From Octopus vulgaris (lineage: Eukaryota), in contig OX597815.1 in the NCBI GenBank assembly GCA_951406725.2, positions 93,248,001-93,312,000 of the forward strand: a stretch of DNA of 64,000 nucleotides, given 5' to 3'. Position 1 is the first letter of the stretch. Every line of letters begins with the position of its first letter. The position numbers were made by a program, and so were the translations under genes. The notes under the pieces were generated by a model. The model ran no database searches. It saw nothing but the letters and a program-made list of their open reading frames with translations, and had not been told where the DNA came from. Shown here piece by piece: positions 10,400 to 21,690 of the stretch.

Positions 10400-11610
10400 T
10401 CAGGTCATCGTATAATTAATGTCCAGACTTTTATATTTTCAATTTGTAAACGCTTTAACAGAATTTTAGAATGTCTAATGGCATCAAGTAATATTTATAA
10501 GTATTTGGACAGAATTTAAACTAATCAAATTTCATTTTGCAGGATAAGCTAATTGAAATTTCACTAATTATAGCTCTTCAAACATGGAAGTCTCTAAGGA
10601 GCATTTCAGGCACATAATGCTTTATGAGTTTAAAAAAGGGGAACTCTGCAGTTGAAGTGACTTGAAATATTCACTCAGCTTATGGTTTGTAAAATTCAGA
10701 GGTGGAGATTTCAGCCTTGAAGATAAGGCCTGAACAAGATGTCCAATTGAGTTTAATGACAAGCTCCTTTTAGCAGAAGTTAAAAAAGATCATACAGTTT
10801 CAGTTGAAGAATTGGCAAGCAAGCTTTGCTCAAGCCATACAACTGTTCATCGCCATCTTCAACAGTTTGGTATGGTTTCAAAACTCAGAAAATGGGTGCC
10901 TCATGATTTGTCTGAAGCCAACTGCAAATCCCAAGTGGACATCTATTCTTTTTTTCATTCTTGTGAACTCATCTCACCCTTTTTGGACAAACTGGTGACC
11001 AGTAATGAAAAATGGGTCTTTCATCAAAATGTTAAACATCATAGACATTGTCTTGGTGAAAAGGGAACTCCATGCAAAGAAGGTTCTTCTTTGTGTTTGG
11101 TGGGATTGCGAAGTAGTCATCCACTTTGAGTTGGTACCAATTAATGCAAAGATCAATGCTCAAATCTACTGTCAGCAATTAGAGCATTTGAATGTTACTT
11201 TGAAGAAAAAAGAGAATTGAAAGAGAGTGGTGTTTCATTGAGACAATGCAAGATGCCACACTGCAAAGATCACATCCCAGAAAATCAAGGAACTTGTTTG
11301 TGAGAAAATTGCTTATCTGCCTAATTCCCCAGATCCTGCTCCTTCAGATTACCATTTGTTTCATAGTTTACAGAATCTTTTGGATGGATTAACTCTCGAA
11401 ACAACTAAAGAAGTCGAAACTGACCTTTCAGAGTTCTCTTTAAAACTGAAAGAGTTTTTCACTAATAGGTTTAAAAAGCTTACAAGTAGATGGAAAGATG
11501 TCATAAATAATCATGGAAAATATACTGATGATTAAGTTTCATTAGAATGTAAGATTTGATCATTTGCTCTCCTTATTTAAAATCTGGACGCTACCTATGG
11601 GATGACCAGA
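10400..11610 (+). mobile_element. Near full-length decayed mariner (Tc1/mariner) DNA transposon
   Basis: Imperfect TIRs tcaggtcatcg...gtccagactttta / taaaatctggacg...gatgaccaga, TA at 10398-10399; encloses a transposase pseudogene. Confidence 0.9.
10584..11535 (+). pseudogene. Mariner transposase pseudogene
   Basis: MEVSKEHFRHIMLYEFKKG start, WVPHDL, VTSNEKWV, KVLLCVWWD, DNARCH and SPDPAPSDYHLF motifs; multiple frameshifts and stops. Confidence 0.9.
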
Positions 11611-12612
11611 TGCGCGTGTGTGTGTGTGTGCATGCACACGTGCGTGGACAGACAGACACACACAAACATAAATGAAACTGAAAGAGGATATTTTGTATCA
11701 ATCTGTGAATGAATTCAGCTTGTGAGGTTAAGATGATGCAAGTTTAATTATGCAACACTCCCAAGAGCAGTTTTTTCCTCTTTATATTCTTAAAGACTAT
11801 TCCTCTATTACTGCTGAATCATAATGGTCCATAGTGCTAGCAATTATATTCTAGTAGATTGTAAAGTAAATGTGAAATATAAATCTTCACTGGTCTGTTG
11901 TTGCAGTTAGGTTTTCATGTAAGAAGAATTAGCAATAGAAAACTAGACTTGCAAGCATGTATGGCTTGGCAATATGTACTAAGTGTTCATTAATTGTTTC
12001 AGGTAATCAGATAGTCATGAACAGACAACATTCTCTCTATCCACCCATTGGTAATCCAGTTGAAATCTGGGATACGACTCTGGAGGTAAAGAAGGGTGTA
12101 CCAGCACTAGGCCGGTACTTGGTAGCTGAATTTACTGGAGCAACTTGAAGCCAGGTGTCTTGCTGAAGAACACTATTCACTACCTCATCTGGGAATCAAA
12201 TTTCCAACCTTATGATTGTAAGTCTCACACTCTAATCACTAAATATACATCTACACAATTAGCAATGGAAGTCAACAAAAAACTTAATTATTTTAAGTGT
12301 AGTAAGTTAAACAGCAGTGAACTATAGAACTCATGGAAGTTATATGGATCAGGTTGTTAATTAAATGCCATGGACAGTGTATAGTGAACTTTACCATACT
12401 GTGGTACCTGCTGTGTTCTTCAGATTTAAAAGGTCATAGTCACTGTTCACCTGACAAATCACATCACTGAGGATTGCCTCATCAGAATGTTTAATACCAT
12501 AACAATATAACTATCAAGACCAGCATGGCTATTAAAATAAATAATAATGGCAAACCAATATTAAGAATAATGACAGCACAAGATGTACAACATATTTTAA
12601 ACAGGCCCTTAC

Positions 12613-12719
12613 TCTCGTCGTCTAGCAGACTTTCTTTTTTCTTCAGTAAGTTCCTTAGGAGCATGCTGTTGAAGTTTTTCTTCAATTGAAGGATCACTTT
12701 GCCTGTCTTCTTTCTCAGT
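12613..12719 (-). CDS. trio: Trio exon, spectrin-DH1 linker: TEKEDRQSDPSIEEKLQQHAPKELTEEKRKSARRR(E)
   Basis: tttatttgtag| acceptor, GA|gtaagg donor; 107 nt, phase 0 to 2; ELxEEKRKSARR motif. Confidence 0.94.
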
Positions 12720-12897
12720 CTACAAATAAACAAAATAGCAGAGAATTAGAAAGATTTCTCTAAAACAATGCTTAATGAACTGAACTGAAGTATTTAAATT
12801 GAGACATTTTCTTTTATTAAGTTACATAAAAAGATAAAAGTAACCACAACATTGAAAAACAAATTTTGAAAGGTATTTTATACTGAGAAATACTTAC

Positions 12898-13080
12898 TTC
12901 ATTTGTGACACCGAGTTTGCCTTCTAGTTTTTGTCTGTATTTCTCCATGCGAGAAGAGAAGTCTTTATATCGTTTATCTACAGCAGCACACCATGCCATG
13001 ATGCTGCTGGCATGAAATGTGCCTTTAGAAACAAAACCATCAGCCAGTTGAAGCAAAAGACTGACATTTTCTTTAGTTTC
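12898..13080 (-). CDS. trio: Trio exon, last spectrin repeat: ETKENVSLLLQLADGFVSKGTFHASSIMAWCAAVDKRYKDFSSRMEKYRQKLEGKLGVTNE
   Basis: ttttcttgtag| acceptor, GAA|gtaagt donor; 183 nt. Confidence 0.95.
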
Positions 13081-13127
13081 CTACAAGAAAATTGATTTCA
13101 GAAATATTATTTAATTAAAAGAAACAC

Positions 13128-13165
<38 letters not shown>

Positions 13166-13750
13166 AACACATTATTTCTTTATATTAAATATTTTAAGAT
13201 GTCTTTTTTTCAGTTGCATAACTTACTGGGGATAATGGGACAGCCCTCAATATATTCAGCTACACAGTGGTAAAAGAGAGGGCAAATATCTCTTGATTAA
13301 GGCAGAATTAATAGATATAAACACAAAGGTTTATAATTTTAAGAAATGACTAAATGACAGGTAATTACCATGGTTTACTTACAAACTACAGTAACAAAAG
13401 TATAGTCAAATGAAATCACTACAACTAAAAAAAGAAACTCACATTATAGGATCAAATGACTGTTACTTTAGACTGTTTCACTGATACATTGCTGGTTATC
13501 AACATTTGTCAATCATTGAATACTTTAGTTGTTTGACAATACAATTTACTGCATTCATTATTATAACCACACCTGTTTACTGCAAGTAAATTGATCCAAC
13601 CTAGCTTCACCTCAGTAAATAAGACCAATAATCGAGCTGCCCCTGTTGTAAAGAGTCCCAATAATCTAGCTGCACCTCTACAAAATAGGTCCACTAATTT
13701 CCTTCCACCTCCAGATATAGGTCCAATAAATTAGCTCCACCTCCTGTAAA

Positions 13751-13963
13751 TATGAGGGGAAGTAAAAAAAAATTACCCACACTTTCACCATAACATATCT
13801 TTATTATTGCCACACTGCCTTCTGCACACGCATGCTTACAGTTGGTACTATTTTGGTCACATGATCAAAGTTTGAACCTGATCGCGCCATTTTTCTTTCT
13901 GACATGTGCACCAAATTTCCCTGGTCGGAAGGTGTGTCAGGTGCTGAAATTCATTGGAGGCTT
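13751..13963 (+). mobile_element. 5' fragment of a mariner-like element
   Basis: TA+tgaggggaagtaaaaaa terminus and transposase N-terminal remnant (EGVSGAEIH-like). Confidence 0.55.
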
Positions 13964-14016
13964 GTAGGTCTAATAATCTAAATCTACCCCCAGTAAATAG
14001 GTCCAATACTCTAGGT

Positions 14017-14168
14017 TAGTGGTTCCCAACCTGTGGTCCACAAAGGTAGTACTGGGAGTCCGTGAACTGAATGCAAAATTTCACACACACACATGCATAC
14101 ATAAGGATAAGCATACTACAAGGAGTCCATAGAAAAACTCATTTAAATAAAAGGATAGGGAACTACTG
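14017..14168. mobile_element. hAT-type MITE
   Basis: TIRs tagtggttcccaacc / ggatagggaactactg; similar 8-mer flanks ctctaggt / ctctaact. Confidence 0.65.
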
Positions 14169-14462
14169 CTCTAACTCCACCTCCAGCAAACAGGTTCAAA
14201 TAATCTAATTCTACCTTCAACAATTTAGGTCCATCTCAAAGAGCTCCAGCAATACGGTTCCACTTTCAATAACTGGGTTTAACAATCTAGACTACCCCCA
14301 CTAAATTGATTACATAATTAATGCCCAACTTCAGTAAATAAGTTCAACAATCTAATTTCACTGCTTTTGTTTGGTTTCTGAACACCTTTTCTCATGTCTC
14401 TCTCTTCACTTAGAGACTGACATTCATCAATAACAAATAGAATACAATATGGTCAATGTTAC

Positions 14463-14585
14463 CTTGGCCCTGCCACGAAACTCATAGTATTCTCTTAACA
14501 GTGACTCTGTTTCTTCTCTGGTTTCACCAACAGACGTGTGTGTTGACAAGTATGCCTCGCCTGAATCATGGATCCAGTCTAATGC
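14463..14585 (-). CDS. trio: Trio exon, spectrin repeat: ALDWIHDSGEAYLSTHTSVGETREETESLLREYYEFRGRAK
   Basis: ttttctgcag| acceptor, AAG|gtaaca donor; 123 nt; ALxWIHDxGExYLSTH motif. Confidence 0.95.
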
Positions 14586-15439
14586 CTGCAGAAAAAAAAA
14601 TTAATTAACATAAGGAACAAGAAAAGACTATACAGATAATAGATAATACAACTGTTGCTATAATAGGGAGATCATGCATAATAATAAAGGATTTGTGGAA
14701 GATCTTGGCTTTTTCTGGTTCTTTTTCTTTCTGTTTTTCAAAACCAAAAGTTAAGTAAAATATTATGAGAGTGTGTATATTGATGTGTTAAAGTTGAGGT
14801 CCTTTAATATAGAAACATAAAAAAGTTCATGTTTACGTGTATGTGTAGGTATGTGTGTGTGTATGTATGTATGTATATATATATACATACAGAGAGAGAG
14901 TGAATAAGCAAGTGTACACATGCTTATGAGAGTACACATACCCATGCATGTATGTATATACTTTTATTTTAATGAATGAGAAAAGGAGCACTCAATACAT
15001 GGTACAGAGTATATTTATTTGCACAAAATAGGAGTAATTCAAAGTTGATTTGATTTAGGTGGTGTTATTTAGAGTTTCTTGCTCAATACAATTTTTGAGG
15101 TGAAAAAAATCATTTTACTGCCTCGAGTGTCAAGTGAGAAACTGAGTAGCGATAGAATAAAGTAGCAGCTTTGTGGTAAATGTGTGTGCGAGAAAAGGAG
15201 AGTATAGGGTGGACCAAATTCATATCAAATGTTTCTCTATAATTACTATCATTTGTCCACTCAATACTGAAATCACCCACTACAATATAGTGAGGAGAAT
15301 TATCCAGATATTAGATTATTTGACTGATACTATTTAGATGTCATCCACTACAAATGTTTTAAATATTTTTGAGCCAAAACAATTCAAGTTATTAAAAAAA
15401 AAAATTAACAATATAGGTCAATGGTTAATACTATTTCCT

Positions 15440-15960
15440 GGTGCTGCAATTTACCTTGTTAGCCTTAAGGAGGGAATTAGATATACAACTAGCATACTCT
15501 GGACCTTTCCTGAGAAGGCTCCTAGCTAAAAGCAGACCAAGACAGTATAAAATCATTTGTAGCAGATGTAATGAATTGTACATCAGAAGTACCACTAGAC
15601 AAGTTCACATACAGGTTGAAGAAAAACTTCTATGCTAATGTTTCTTCTGTCAAAAAACACCTACAAAAATACTACAACAAAGACATCTGATTTTCATTTG
15701 CAGCAGTTGAAAGAAGCATTGAGAACTTAAGAATAAAAGAAACTATTTTAATTAACAAGCACAGCCTGCAAATTAATAACAGATCTAAACTGCATTCAGC
15801 TGATTGGACACTACAGCAATGCAAAATAACCCTTCACACATACACACACTACAGAGCAGTGATAACAGCTATAAACATCTTTTCTTGGTACATTTCCTGA
15901 AGAAAAGGTCCAAAGCCTGAAATATTGAAATACTACATAATACTACTAACCATCAACCTG
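15440..15960 (+). mobile_element. 3' remnant of a Penelope-like element (GIY-YIG endonuclease + terminal hammerhead)
   Basis: YKIICSRCNELYIRSTTRQVHIQVEE (VYxIxCxxC..YIG.T.R) and LRIKETILINKHSLQINNR (E..I..P.lN) remnants, then a hammerhead motif. Confidence 0.75.
15893..15930 (+). ncRNA. Minimal type-I hammerhead ribozyme motif
   Basis: TTTC-CTGAAGA-aa-AGG-tccaaag-CCT-GAAA-TA-TT-GAAA: stem I TTTC/GAAA, stem II AGG/CCT, palindromic stem III AATATT. Confidence 0.65.
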
Positions 15961-17387
15961 TATTATTATTTTTTTATAACTTGCATTGTTTTGGTGTTTA
16001 AAAATGCTTAAAACATTTATATATATATATCAGACAGTGTTTCAAAAAACCTATACTTCTTTATCATGAACTATGTATAAATAGTTGCTAGACATTGACA
16101 AAACCAGTAAGAGAGATTAAATTCCATTCAATTTGAAAAGAAAATGTCTTTAGTAACAACCACAACAACAACACTGTCATTGAATTGATTTCAATTCAAG
16201 TAATGGAGAACTAAAATCTAAATGAAAAATTAAAATGATACCAAAGTGCTGTATTTTGACAAATTGGCACAACACTTTTGGTACACATGTCTTAGAAAAG
16301 TAACAGTAAAAGAAACAAGAACCTTCTATTATGGTATATTTTGAAATGAATCAGTGTCAAGGTAATGATATTTATGATTCAACTATCATAAAAGAGACGT
16401 ATCTGGAAAGTATGTTTATATTACATGAACTCTGTCAAATATTTTATTGCTGAAATATGACAACAAATCACAATATTTGCTTGTCATTTTATTTTGAAAA
16501 TCTTGACAAGTAAATATCATCTTTATAGATATTTTAACGTAAACTTTCAGCCATTACAGGAGGTTCCATTTCAAATTATGCAGCAGTATGAACAAATTGT
16601 TATTTATTATGTTTACTGCTTCAATAATAGCAATAATGTAAATGATGGCCTCAGTTATCAGACTCTCATCCGAACCCTCAACAGTGGTTTACTAGGTCTC
16701 TGGGTTGGATACTTTACAGTTCACCTTGCTTCTAGACAAAGTTATCTGCAACAGATTGGCATCCCAGTCAAAAGAGTGAGAGTGATATTTCTCACCTATT
16801 TAAGACTTGAGAAAAGTTACAAAAGCAATTGTTTCTAATAACCAATTGCAATTACCCTTTCACCACTATATTTTCCATGAGGGATCTGCATATGCATTTT
16901 AATTCATTTTCACTATAATCAAAACTTTGGAGAGGTTTAATAAAATATCTGTAACCTTATATATTGGCATATATATTTTACACTGTAGTTGATCATCTGA
17001 AACTTCAGATTACAATTCATGTTATGAGATTCTGATTAAGAGTTTAAATCCTCTGAACTCACGAGCATGCTTTAATTTGACTATACCCTTGGAAGATGCA
17101 AAAGCGAATGGCCACATGGTTTGAGTTGAAAGCTGAAAATAATTATGTTTCTGCCAATTAAACAAGCTGTGAACACAAAACCAGCTTTTGAATCTTCCAG
17201 GAGTATATTCCACTGAAATCATGTCCACTAAAGAATATTTGCAGGTTCTAGGGGTTAATTTAAATATGAACACTTTTGTATTGTGGTCTTAAGGAATATA
17301 GTATTAAAACTGATGAACAATGATAAACTCCTAACTTAAGGATACTACCTACTCCTACCAAAGATATACCATAAAATGACACTTTAC

Positions 17388-17503
17388 CTGTTTGGCACTT
17401 TGTTCAAAAAGGACATACTGATGACAATGTTCTAACTTTCGCTTCTTTACAGTCCAATATTCAATCACAGCATTTTCCTGTTGTAGTAATTGATCAAGAG
17501 TTG
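17388..17503 (-). CDS. trio: Trio exon, spectrin repeat: (A)TLDQLLQQENAVIEYWTVKKRKLEHCHQYVLFEQSAKQ
   Basis: tttttttacag| acceptor, CAG|gtaaag donor; 116 nt, phase 1 to 0. Confidence 0.95.
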
Positions 17504-17524
17504 CTGTAAAAAAAATAAAAAATA

Positions 17525-17730
17525 TCAGTAAATTTACACCCAAATTACTCCAACAGTAAGTTACTGATTAAAATATCACAACAGTATATTAATAATCAGA
17601 TTAGACTAAATTAATTACCAAACACCTCCCTCAGTGAATTAGTGAAAAAAAAAAATCCTCCATCAGTAAATTATCAACAAAGTTCCTTCATTGGTGAATA
17701 ATTAGCCAAATTCCCGCATCAGTAAAATAT
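17525..17730. repeat. Degenerate ~28-30 bp tandem repeat next to an exon acceptor
   Basis: Recurrent catcagt(a/g)aatta...aaattcc units. Confidence 0.5.
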
Positions 17731-17952
17731 ATGTATATATTCTAAACCTATCAAGATGTATTACTTTAAAGAAGGTCTGCAAGAATAAAATTTTAAGATA
17801 ATTTGTATACTGCAAAAGATAACTTACATTGTTAAAATCAAACACAATATAAATTATGATGACTTTCAGTAAATGGGGAATTACAACTTCAACAGATTGC
17901 TATTGAAGCTTCATATCTATTGAAGAAGAAATGTCTAGTAACTTTAGTAATA

Positions 17953-18185
17953 CAGGGTTGGCTAAAAGTCACCCGACAGTAAATCAAAATTCTATTAATA
18001 CTATCTGTAATTTTGTACTGGCTCAAATGGAAAAATGTATCACTGAAGAAGGACTTCAGTTTGAACAATTTTCATGATGTTTCATACTTAGATGCTTTTA
18101 TTAAATTCATTCAGTTGTTAAACATCAATAAATCTTGGAATTAAATGGTTTTGATTTACTGTCAGGTGACTTTTGGTCCACCCTC
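17953..18185. mobile_element. Tc1/mariner-type MITE
   Basis: ~37 bp TIRs cagggttggctaaaagtcacccgacagtaaatcaaaa / ttttgatttactgtcaggtgacttttggtccaccctc; TA on both flanks. Confidence 0.88.
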
Positions 18186-18317
18186 TATGTTAGTTATAGG
18201 TGTGGGATCACTGTAAAAATATATCTATTTGTACCTAAAACTCTACAAATGATAACTGATACAAATGATAACTGATAAAAATGATGAATACATTGTCATT
18301 AAATTAATAAAACTTAC

Positions 18318-18429
18318 CTTTTACATGAGATTCTGGATTTCTGTACTTCACATCCATTCCCAAAGTGTGAAGGTTGCGGTTGACATATTTTAAGAATGTC
18401 TCTGCTGTACGTCTGGCTAAAGTGCAAGC
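18318..18429 (-). CDS. trio: Trio exon, spectrin repeat: ACTLARRTAETFLKYVNRNLHTLGMDVKYRNPESHVK
   Basis: ctttcatttag| acceptor, G|gtaagt donor; 112 nt, phase 0 to 1. Confidence 0.95.
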
Positions 18430-18503
18430 CTAAATGAAAGCAGAAACATCATATAAATTCCACTGAAGTCTACAGAAATAATTTCAATATTTCAATATCT
18501 TAA

Positions 18504-18719
18504 CCCTTTAACATTCAAATTATTTTGTCAAATGTAATTCTTATTTCTTCATATTGTTTTGTATGAATCATGCATTATCTAACAGTTCTGAGATTTTGGT
18601 GAGGTGATTGTTTACTTTTAGAATGAAATTATAGGGTAAGTATGAGAGGCCAGATCTGGCCAATTTGAATGTAAAACAGAATATTTTGGATGGATATGGT
18701 TGGTTTGAACGCTAAAGGG
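18504..18719. mobile_element. piggyBac-type MITE
   Basis: TTAA|ccctttaacattcaaa ... tttgaacgctaaaggg|TTAA: TTAA TSD and CCCTTT termini. Confidence 0.85.
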
Positions 18720-18772
18720 TTAAACATTTCATATTTTAAAAATTGAACATAAACATGAGTCAAATATGTTAC

Positions 18773-18919
18773 CTTAAGAAAGGCTTCCTTTTGTTCATTA
18801 TGCTTATTGATTGCTTGTACTAAGAATGCAGCTTTGTCAGTGCAGTTAGCCTTGTCTGTGCTACACCAATCTTCATCTCGTTTATAATCTCGATCTAAAC
18901 TTTCTAAAACTGACCAAAC
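18773..18919 (-). CDS. trio: Trio exon, spectrin repeat: VWSVLESLDRDYKRDEDWCSTDKANCTDKAAFLVQAINKHNEQKEAFLK
   Basis: ttcttcacag| acceptor, AAG|gtaaca donor; 147 nt; SVLESL..YKRxEDWC..EQKEAFLK motif. Confidence 0.95.
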
Positions 18920-19146
18920 CTGTGAAGAAAAATAAGATTATATAATCACTCAAAATATTAATGACAGCAAAAATATAATTCTCAAAGCTAAATAGAAGAA
19001 AAAAATTAAATTTAATAATTACATTAATATGAAATACTATCATAATATAGTAGAACTGTTAACAAATATTGAAGTTCGTTTTAGAAATAGAAGTCCAAAG
19101 AAAAATCAGTTATTTTTATGAATATAAAATAGAATTACAAACGTAC

Positions 19147-19338
19147 TTGTTCAGCTGTTTTATACCAAGTCATTGATGCCATTACAAGTTTGTGACGTTC
19201 TTCAGCATGATACATTAGCTGTTGCCAAACCAAATTCATATTTTCTGCGATAACACGTACAAATTCAGAATTGTAATGGTTGCTTTGGATCATGCTCTCT
19301 GCCTTTTGAGTGACTTGGATCACATTTGCATGTGTTTT
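19147..19338 (-). CDS. trio: Trio exon, spectrin repeat: KTHANVIQVTQKAESMIQSNHYNSEFVRVIAENMNLVWQQLMYHAEERHKLVMASMTWYKTAEQ
   Basis: tattgtag| acceptor, CAA|gtacgt donor; 192 nt, phase 0-0. Confidence 0.94.
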
Positions 19339-19588
19339 CTACAATATAACAGACAATAAGAGATAATTAAACAGCATAGAGAAAAAGCAAAATAGTAAAA
19401 TTATATTTTAACTTGCTCTGGGCCTCAGAAAACATTTTATATTAGAGCCTAATTTATGGAGAGATTGATAGAAGAAAAAATACAGCTAGTATTGCTAAAT
19501 TGAAATTTTTTTTTTTAACTTTCAATGTTGAACTTTTTTAAAGAAAACAGAAATAAAAAAAAGAAACAGAAACAAAAGACAACTGTAC

Positions 19589-19708
19589 CTCAATAGCCAA
19601 CATAAACTTTTCATGTTCTTTCTTCAGTTGTTCAGTTTCCATTAAATTATCTGGACACATAAAACTGGCAGTCAACATTGTCTCTCCATTTTGAATCCAA
19701 GAAACCAC
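19589..19708 (-). CDS. trio: Trio exon, spectrin repeat: VVSWIQNGETMLTASFMCPDNLMETEQLKKEHEKFMLAIE
   Basis: cattttag| acceptor, GAG|gtacag donor; 120 nt; WIxNGE and EQLxxEHExF are Trio motifs. Confidence 0.94.
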
Positions 19709-20533
19709 CTAAAATGAATGTTGTATTCATTATAAATATATGTGTTTACTATAAACATTACAAAAGGTGAGTTTTATTGTAGAAAAAGTAAAATATTAAT
19801 ACAATAAATAACAAATGATATAATAATGCCAATGTATACTAATTTGTAACTAATTTACACATATCTTGACAAACAGGAATATTTCAGAATTTCACAATAG
19901 TAAAATAAATAATAATGATAAAAAAAGTTTGTTTTTTTTCTTCCAATGAGAAAAATCTCTATTCATATATCAAATATCAGCCATAAAACATCTAGAGAGA
20001 GCAATGAATAGATTTCCAATTTTTGACATGACTTTACTAAGGATGTATAAAAAGTTGCTTTTATACAGTTTATTAAGTAGAAATTAAGTTTTGAAAAAGA
20101 TTTAATGAGAAGTTGAGAATTCAAGCAGAAATGTTCAGAAAACAATCTTTTTTTTTTAATCAGAATTTTTTTCCAAACAACATTTCAAATAGAAGACAAC
20201 TTTGAAGAATTGTAGAAAAGCATTTTGAAAACTTTACAATAAGTGCATGCAGTGAAATATAGACTGCAATCTCTAATTTTTTGAATTGAAGAAAAACATT
20301 ATGAAGAATTGTAAAATATTTTTGAAATGTGCAAATTTATTTAACGAAACAGAGAAACAGTTGCAGTTTGTAGATTCTAAAGAAATATAATTCTCAGAGT
20401 TCTTTTGGTTTCCATATATTTTGTTACCTAATTTCAGCAGATGTAGTTGACACGTGATGGTTATTGAAATTGTCAATACTTAGAGATAATCACTTTATTA
20501 AAGTTGAGAATAATTCCAATACTTAATCCTCAC

Positions 20534-20716
20534 CTGCCTGGTTTCATACTCAAAATTACGTAGCTGGACACATTGCTCCAGACGAATGCGACGACTTTCA
20601 GCCAAATTCTCTAAATCCAATTCTCGTTCATGCAAATATTCCAGCAATAGTTGGATTCTAGTCTGAGCATCATATTGTGAATCAGCCATTAATTGCACAC
20701 CTGTGTTTTCAAACAA
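20534..20716 (-). CDS. trio: Trio exon, spectrin repeat: LFENTGVQLMADSQYDAQTRIQLLLEYLHERELDLENLAESRRIRLEQCVQLRNFEYETRQ
   Basis: tctctttcag| acceptor, CAG|gtgagg donor; 183 nt, phase 0-0. Confidence 0.94.
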
Positions 20717-20889
20717 CTGAAAGAGACAAAATTACAATGATAAAAATAATAAAATTTTGCAAATATTCACAATTCCAAATAATTTTCAATTTAACATGCA
20801 TATGAATACAAAGTATATCACTTTTATTATTTTTTTAAAAACTTTAATCAGAAATTTTTTTTTTAATTAAATAGAACACATCCACTGAC

Positions 20890-21051
20890 CTGACAAAGCT
20901 CTTGACCTCGTTGCAGAACTTCAAATGTACAGTTCTGCATGTGCAATAAATTTTCTGTGTGCATCAGTAAGATCTGTTCTGCTTTTGCTGGATCATTGCA
21001 CATTTCCATGTGCTGTAGTTCTTCTGCCCATAACTCCAATTGTGATGATAC
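20890..21051 (-). CDS. trio: Trio exon, spectrin repeat: VSSQLELWAEELQHMEMCNDPAKAEQILLMHTENLLHMQNCTFEVLQRGQELCQ
   Basis: 162 nt open frame, gttgaaag|GTA acceptor, CAG|gtcagt donor; phase 0-0, joins both neighbours. Confidence 0.9.
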
Positions 21052-21474
21052 CTTTCAACAAATGTCAACAATGTAAATATCCATATAATATTCAAAATAA
21101 AATAACATATCTAGTAGTTTTCGACATGACTGCCAAATAACATTCAACAATTTTTCAGGTAAAAAAAAAAAATCACTAAGTGTTATATCCTCTATTCTTT
21201 CCTCTGCAAAAGCTTTTGCTCTTCTGAACTCACACCAGCATTTTCCAAGCCCATCCAATGCACTCATCTCTCTTGTCATTTCTAGAGAGTTTTAACCTCC
21301 TTGACTCAACATTAAACATTTTATTCAATTTTTCACTTCCTAGAACTTCCTACCTGTTCGCTTTTTTGCCTACAGACTTCATCCCACAGAGGTTCAGTCT
21401 TAATGATAACTTCAACATTTTGGAAAGGTCTACGTAAGGTATGTATACAGCCCCTATTTCTCTATTATCCTCAT

Positions 21475-21690
21475 TTAACATTCACTTCCTATCCTGGCAT
21501 GAGTCAGATGGTTTGATAGTAGCTGGCAAGCCAGAGAGCTGCACCAGACTCCAATTGTCTGCTTTGGCAAGGTTTCTATGGCTGGATGTTCTTCCTAATG
21601 CTGAACACTTTACAGAGTGTACTGAGAGCTCTTTATGTGGCACCAGCACAGGTACTTTTTACAGGACACCAGCACATATGTTGTTTACAT
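21475..21690 (-). mobile_element. RTE-tail SINE-like repeat
   Basis: Reverse complement of the aggaagggcatccagc / gcaccagactccaat tail module. Confidence 0.65.

Larger units (their letters stand above)
13580..14360. repeat. Degenerate ~33 bp minisatellite (approx. AGTAAATAGGTCCAATAATCTAGCTCCACCTCC) with nested insertions
   Basis: Recurrent aatag(g)tccaataatctagct..cacctc units at 13580-13750, 13965-14015 and 14170-14360. Confidence 0.7.

Noticed and set aside
12460-12490. CTGAGGA/TCATCAG hairpin resembling a hammerhead core
   Set aside because: No GAAA segment on either strand
13580-14360. Regularly spaced ~33-bp repeats (also the ~60-bp units at 31060 and 60740) as a CRISPR-like array
   Set aside because: Degenerate tandem units with no unique spacers and no cas genes; eukaryotic intron context
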